Source: Planctomycetota bacterium
Lineage (GTDB): Bacteria; Planctomycetota; PLA2; JAEUHO01
Assembly: GCA_050248855.1 (NCBI GenBank)
Contig: JBFWRP010000018.1
Location: 1-64,000, forward strand
DNA length: 64,000 bases
Reading direction: 5' to 3'
This document shows, piece by piece, positions 59,447 to 64,000 of this stretch. Under the pieces are notes generated by a model that worked only from the letters and a program-made list of their open reading frames with translations, was not told the origin of the DNA and did no database searches. How positions within the stretch are numbered: the stretch's first letter is position 1; every line of letters starts with the position of its first letter. The translations under genes and the position numbers were made by a program.

Positions 59447-62182
59447 ATGAGCGAAACCACCTCCCCTCCCGAGCGCGTCTCGCCCTTCGAGCTGGCCGTC
59501 GCCCCGCCGCCCGAGCACTGGGAAGACTGGGTCGAGCTGGACGCGAGTGCCTGGCCCGAGCGCGTCGAGAAGCACTATCGCCTCATCCCGACGATCTGCT
59601 TCAACTGCGAGAGCGCGTGCGGGCTCTTGGCCTACGTCGATCGCGAAACGGGCGCCATTCGCCGCTTCGAAGGCAACCCGGTCCACCCCGGCAGCCGCGG
59701 GCGCACGTGCGCCAAGGGCCCTGCCACGATCAACCAAGTCAACGACCCCGAGCGCATCCTCACGCCCATGAAGCGCGTGGGCCCGCGCGGTGGCGGCCGG
59801 TTCGAGCCCGTGTCGTGGGACGAGGTGCTGGCCGACGTCGGCGGTCGCATCCGCAAGGCCCTGCAGGAGGAACGCCGCGACGAGGTCATGTACCACGTCG
59901 GGCGTCCGGGCGAAGACCACTTCATGCAACGGCTGTTCACGGCCTGGGGCGTGGACGGTGTCAACTCGCACACCAACGTGTGCAGCGCCTCGGCGCGCAC
60001 GGGCTTTGCCCTCTGGTGCGGTGCCGATCGGCCTTCGCCGGACTACAGCCAAGCCAAGTTCGCGCTGTTGCTGTCCGCGCACCTCGAGACGGGACACTAC
60101 TTCAACCCCCACGCCCAGCGCATCCAGGAGGCCCGCCTGCGCGGCATGCGTCTGGCCGTGGTGGACACACGCCTCTCCAACACCTCGACGCATGCGGATC
60201 ACTGGGTCTCGACGTGGCCCGGCAGCGAGGCGGCCCTGTTGCTGGGCATCGCGCACCGCCTGCTCGTCACGCGCCGCATCGACGCCGCCTTCGTGGAGCG
60301 CTGGACCAACTGGACGGCGTGGCTCGAGGCTGACGACCCCGACGGTCCGCGCACCTTCGAGCGCTTCCTCGACCGCCTCACCGCCACGTATGCCGAGTAC
60401 ACGCCCGCGCGCGTGGCCGAGGAGTGCCGCGTCGACGCCGGTATCGTCGAGACGCTGGCCGACGAGATCGCCGCGGCGGGCCACGAGTTCACCAGCCACC
60501 TCTGGCGCAACACGGCCGCGGGCAACCTGGGCGGCTGGCAGGTCGCACGCAGCCTGATGCTGCTGCACGTGCTGACGGGCAGCTTCGGCACGCCCGGCGG
60601 CTTCAACCCCAACAGCTGGGACAAGCTGGTGCCCACGCCCAGCGACATGCCGCCGGCGATCCAGCACTGGAACGAGACGCTCTGGCCCAAGGCCTGGCCG
60701 CTCGCCCACTACGAGATGAGCTTCCTGCTCCCCCACCTGCTGGAGGAGCAAGGCCGCCGCCTCGAGGTCTACGTCACGCGCGTCTACAACCCGGTCTGGA
60801 CCAACCCCGACGGCTGCTCGTGGATCGAGATGCTCGAGGACGAGAAGCGCGTGGGCTGCCACGTGGCGCTCACGCCGATCTGGTCGGAGACGGCGCAGTG
60901 GGCCGACTACGTGTTGCCCGTGGGCCTGGGCCCCGAGCGGCACGACGTGATGAGCCAGGAGACGCACGCCGGCACGTGGATCGGCTTCCGCCAGCCGGTG
61001 CTGCGCGAGCACCTGCGCCGCGAGGGCAAGGAGGTCGCGGACTCGCGCGAGGCCAACCCGGGCCAAGTCTGGGAAGAGGCCGAGTGGTGGATCGCGCTCA
61101 CCTGGGCCATCGACCCCGACGGCGCGCTCGGCATCCGCCGCTGGTACGAGAGCAAGGACAAGCCCGGCACACCGATCTCCGTGACCGAGTACTTCAACGA
61201 CCTGCTCGGCAACGTGCCGGGCTTGAAGGACGCCGCTGCCAAGGAAGGCAAGGACCCGATCGGCTACATGCGTCGCTACGGCGCGTACGAGGCCCCCTAC
61301 GCCGGCCAGCGGCGCTACGAGAAGGCTGGGCCCTCGCGCGCCACGTCGCCGGGCGCCGACACCCACGGCTGCGTCGGATTCGGCACGCCGTCGGGGCGCT
61401 TGGAAGTGTGGTCGGACACCCTCGCCACCTGGGGCCATCCCGACCAAGCCATGCCCGGCTACATCCGCAGCCAGGTGCATTGGTCCAATCTGGACGAGGG
61501 CGCAGGCGAGATGGCGCTCCTGCCCACCTTCCGCCTGCCTACGCTGATCCACACGCGCTCGTCCAACGCGAAGTGGTTGCAGGAGATCAGCCACACGAAC
61601 CCGCTGTGGCTGCATCCGACGGACGCCAAGCGCATCGGCGTGGTCACGGGCGACCTCGCCCGCGTGGCCACGCGCATCGGCTGGTTCGTGGGCCGCGTCT
61701 GGGTGACCGAAGGCATCCACCCGGGCGTGGTGGCCTGCTCCCACCACGTCGGGCGCTGGCGCCTCTTCCGGGACGTCGGCGGCCACAAGCAGGCCTCGAG
61801 CCAGGTGGACCTCACGCGCGAGGGCACGCGCTTCCGCTTCCGGCAGAAGGGCGGGGCCGAGGCCTTCGCCTCGAAGGACCCCGACAGCGAGCGCACCTGG
61901 TGGCGCGAGGTGGGCGTCAACCAGAACCTGACGTTCCCCGTGCAGCCCGACCCCGTGAGCGGCATGCACTGCTGGCACCAGCGCGTGACCGTCACCAAGG
62001 CGCAAGCCGACGACCAGTACGGCGACGTCGTGGTGGACACCGCGAAGAGCCGCGAGGTCTACGCCGAGTGGAAGCAGATGACAAAACCGGCCCCGGGGCC
62101 GGGCGGCTTGCGCCGCCCGCTGTGGCTCAAGCGACCGATGCACCCCGTGGACGCCATGTACCGCATGAGCGAGGAGGCCTGA
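59447..62182 (+). CDS. molybdopterin (DMSO-reductase family) oxidoreductase catalytic subunit, no Tat signal
   Basis: CFNCESAC...CAKG, P.RI..PMKR.G.RG, HTNVCS, VD.R.S.T, SETA..ADYVLP, C-terminal binding domain (LHP.DA...G...GD). Confidence 0.92.
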   Translation: MSETTSPPERVSPFELAVAPPPEHWEDWVELDASAWPERVEKHYRLIPTICFNCESACGLLAYVDRETGAIRRFEGNPVHPGSRGRTCAKGPATINQVNDPERILTPMKRVGPRGGGRFEPVSWDEVLADVGGRIRKALQEERRDEVMYHVGRPGEDHFMQRLFTAWGVDGVNSHTNVCSASARTGFALWCGADRPSPDYSQAKFALLLSAHLETGHYFNPHAQRIQEARLRGMRLAVVDTRLSNTSTHADHWVSTWPGSEAALLLGIAHRLLVTRRIDAAFVERWTNWTAWLEADDPDGPRTFERFLDRLTATYAEYTPARVAEECRVDAGIVETLADEIAAAGHEFTSHLWRNTAAGNLGGWQVARSLMLLHVLTGSFGTPGGFNPNSWDKLVPTPSDMPPAIQHWNETLWPKAWPLAHYEMSFLLPHLLEEQGRRLEVYVTRVYNPVWTNPDGCSWIEMLEDEKRVGCHVALTPIWSETAQWADYVLPVGLGPERHDVMSQETHAGTWIGFRQPVLREHLRREGKEVADSREANPGQVWEEAEWWIALTWAIDPDGALGIRRWYESKDKPGTPISVTEYFNDLLGNVPGLKDAAAKEGKDPIGYMRRYGAYEAPYAGQRRYEKAGPSRATSPGADTHGCVGFGTPSGRLEVWSDTLATWGHPDQAMPGYIRSQVHWSNLDEGAGEMALLPTFRLPTLIHTRSSNAKWLQEISHTNPLWLHPTDAKRIGVVTGDLARVATRIGWFVGRVWVTEGIHPGVVACSHHVGRWRLFRDVGGHKQASSQVDLTREGTRFRFRQKGGAEAFASKDPDSERTWWREVGVNQNLTFPVQPDPVSGMHCWHQRVTVTKAQADDQYGDVVVDTAKSREVYAEWKQMTKPAPGPGGLRRPLWLKRPMHPVDAMYRMSEEA

Positions 62183-63315
62183 TGGACACCACGCGACGCG
62201 CGCTGCTCCTGGGCGCGGCCGCCGCCGGCTTCGTGGCCTGGAAGGCGCGTGATGGTCGAGCCGACGAGGGAGACCCCGCGCCGAAGCCCGCGGACGATGG
62301 GAAGGCGGCCAGCCCGATGAAGATCCTGATGCTCGGCGGCACGGCGTTCCTCGGCCCCGAGCTGGTCGAGGAGGCCACGGCGCGCGGTCACACGGTCACG
62401 CTGTTCAACCGCGGCAAGACCAACCCGCACCTCTTCCCGGATCTCGAGAAGCTGCGTGGCGACCGCAACGGCGACGTGTCGGCGCTCGAGGGTCGGTCGT
62501 TCGACGCCGTGTTCGACACCTCCGCCTACGTCCCGGCCCAGGTCAAGCGCATCGCCGACGTGCTCGGCGACCGCATCGGCCACTACGGGATGGTCAGCAC
62601 GATCAGCGTCTATCCCGAGATGGGCACCTCCGACGCCACGATCACCGAGGACACGCCCGTCGGTCGCCTCGAGGACCCGACCGTCGAGAAGGTCACGGGT
62701 GAGACCTACGGCCCCTTAAAGGCGCTTTGCGAAGAGGCCGCCGAGGCCGCGTGGCCCGGCCGCGTGGCCAACGTGCGCCCCGGCCTCATCGTGGGCCCCG
62801 GCGACCCCACGGACCGCTTCACGTACTGGCCCGCCCGCGTGGCTCGCGGCGGCGACGTGCTCGCGCCGGGCGACGGCACCGACGAGGCCCAGGCCATCGA
62901 CGTGCGCGATCTCGCGGCCTTCCTCGTGCACTGCGCCGAACAGAAGGTGGCCGGCGTCTACAACGCCGTCGGCTACGAGGGAAAGGTCACGTTCGCCGAG
63001 ATGCTGCACGGCGCGAAGTGCGCGCTGCGTCACGACGTGCAGTTCCACTGGGCCGACGCCGCCTTCCTCGAAGCGCAAGGCGTGCGCCCCTGGCACCACC
63101 TTCCTCTCTGGCTGCCGCCCGGCAACAACCCCCACTGCGCCAACGAGCGCGCCCGCGCCAAGGGCCTCACCTTCCGCCCCCTCGCGCAGACGATCGCCGA
63201 CACCGTCGCCTGGATGCGCAAGACCAACCGCGCCCCCACGTGGGGCGAGGGCCGCACCCCCGGCCTCTCCGCCGCCCGCGAAGCCGAGGTCCTGGCGGCG
63301 CTCAAGGCGCGGTAG
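62182..63315 (+). CDS. NAD-dependent epimerase/SDR-family oxidoreductase with a twin-arginine-like leader
   Basis: MDTTRRALLLGAAAAG, GGTAFLG, FNRG, YG.LK, RPGLIVGP.D.TDRFTYW; TGATG coupling. Confidence 0.9.
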   Translation: MDTTRRALLLGAAAAGFVAWKARDGRADEGDPAPKPADDGKAASPMKILMLGGTAFLGPELVEEATARGHTVTLFNRGKTNPHLFPDLEKLRGDRNGDVSALEGRSFDAVFDTSAYVPAQVKRIADVLGDRIGHYGMVSTISVYPEMGTSDATITEDTPVGRLEDPTVEKVTGETYGPLKALCEEAAEAAWPGRVANVRPGLIVGPGDPTDRFTYWPARVARGGDVLAPGDGTDEAQAIDVRDLAAFLVHCAEQKVAGVYNAVGYEGKVTFAEMLHGAKCALRHDVQFHWADAAFLEAQGVRPWHHLPLWLPPGNNPHCANERARAKGLTFRPLAQTIADTVAWMRKTNRAPTWGEGRTPGLSAAREAEVLAALKAR

Positions 63316-63317
63316 CG

Positions 63318-64000
63318 CTACGGAGACGTCTCGCGCCCCAGGCGCGTCCGCGGCACGCGGAGCAGCTTGGGTAGCGATCCGCCCGGCGCCGACGTCAGCT
63401 CGCTTCGCCACGCGCGCCGCGTGACCACGAGCAGGTTCATGAGCAGGACGGCAGGTCCACCCAACAGGACGGACCCGATCCAGAACCTGCGCAGCGACCT
63501 CGGCATCTCGAGGCGGCGCATGCGCAGCCACGCCACGAACGCGCAGACGAGAGCGATCCCGAGCACTCCGAAGAGCAGGCCGTCGTGGTTCCCCGAGGCA
63601 ATCAGCGGTTGCCACAGGACGTCGCGTGGCGGCAGGCGGAACCGTGCAGCAAGGGCCACGAGCGGTGGCGTAGCAAGCGCCGCTCGTTGCACTGCATCTG
63701 CCGCGTCGACCTCTTGCGGGCGTCGAGGGACGTACGTGTGATCGATGGCAACCGTCCCGTCAGGCCTCGTTACGCGTAGGCGGAACCCGAGCGGGTCCTC
63801 ACCTTCGGTCGTCCGGCTCCAGCCGTGCAGGGCTCGTCCGTCGCCACGTCGGTCAGGCGGATCTTCCACGATCTCGATCCCGCTCTCGGGCGACCACGCC
63901 ATCCACCCTTCGGTCGTATCCAGGAACAGGACGCGTGGAACACGGCGGACCTCGTCGCGGGATGCGGCGAGCGTACGTGGCGCCTTGAACAGATCCCGAG
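63318..64000 (-). CDS. hypothetical membrane protein (5'-partial)
   Basis: Frame is open to the window edge; two C-terminal hydrophobic segments (W..GSVLLGGP.VLL). Confidence 0.6.
   Translation of the reverse strand, partial: RDLFKAPRTLAASRDEVRRVPRVLFLDTTEGWMAWSPESGIEIVEDPPDRRGDGRALHGWSRTTEGEDPLGFRLRVTRPDGTVAIDHTYVPRRPQEVDAADAVQRAALATPPLVALAARFRLPPRDVLWQPLIASGNHDGLLFGVLGIALVCAFVAWLRMRRLEMPRSLRRFWIGSVLLGGPAVLLMNLLVVTRRAWRSELTSAPGGSLPKLLRVPRTRLGRETSP

Noticed and set aside
58994..62143. 1049-aa minus-strand ORF and similar long Arg/Pro/Ala-rich ORFs (e.g. 17564-20074, 21483-24302, 28763-30754, 31528-33468)
   Set aside because: These are antisense or alternate-frame shadows of well-supported genes and have no recognisable motifs.

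Overview
Very GC-rich, gene-dense bacterial chromosomal window. The gene content suggests an uncultured Planctomycetota-like lineage, but that is inference. From left to right it holds: (1) a signalling cluster (1-9.4 kb) with a LOV-type hybrid histidine kinase, DUF1328, a sensor-less kinase, a sigma-54 activator, PAS and PAS-GAF-GAF hybrid kinase genes, and three sigma-54 -24/-12 motifs; (2) class II ribonucleotide reductase nrdJ with tandem NrdR-like boxes, divergent from dcd, then a bacterial histone-fold gene with a Lys-rich N-terminal tail; (3) housekeeping genes (dppA, fRMsr-like GAF protein, epimerase, two DUF1573 genes, aguB, aguA); (4) an 841-aa single-ORF fusion of a DUF222-like/HNH endonuclease to a complete RuvB-like motor, next to a Ser/Thr kinase-PP2C pair; (5) coaB, an APH/AAA kinase, IMPase and STAS; (6) a ~22-kb tandem array of seven ~930-1170-aa exported carboxypeptidase-regulatory-like paralogs plus an eighth broken copy, bracketed by two secreted alpha/beta hydrolases; (7) a ~700-bp nested palindromic repeat mosaic; and (8) a NrfC-NrfD fusion, a Tat-less molybdopterin oxidoreductase and a Tat-signal SDR. 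No rRNA, tRNA, CRISPR array or transposase was recognised. The best candidates for novelty are the HNH-RuvB fusion, the tailed histone and the paralog array. All family calls come from motif recognition; no database searches were run.
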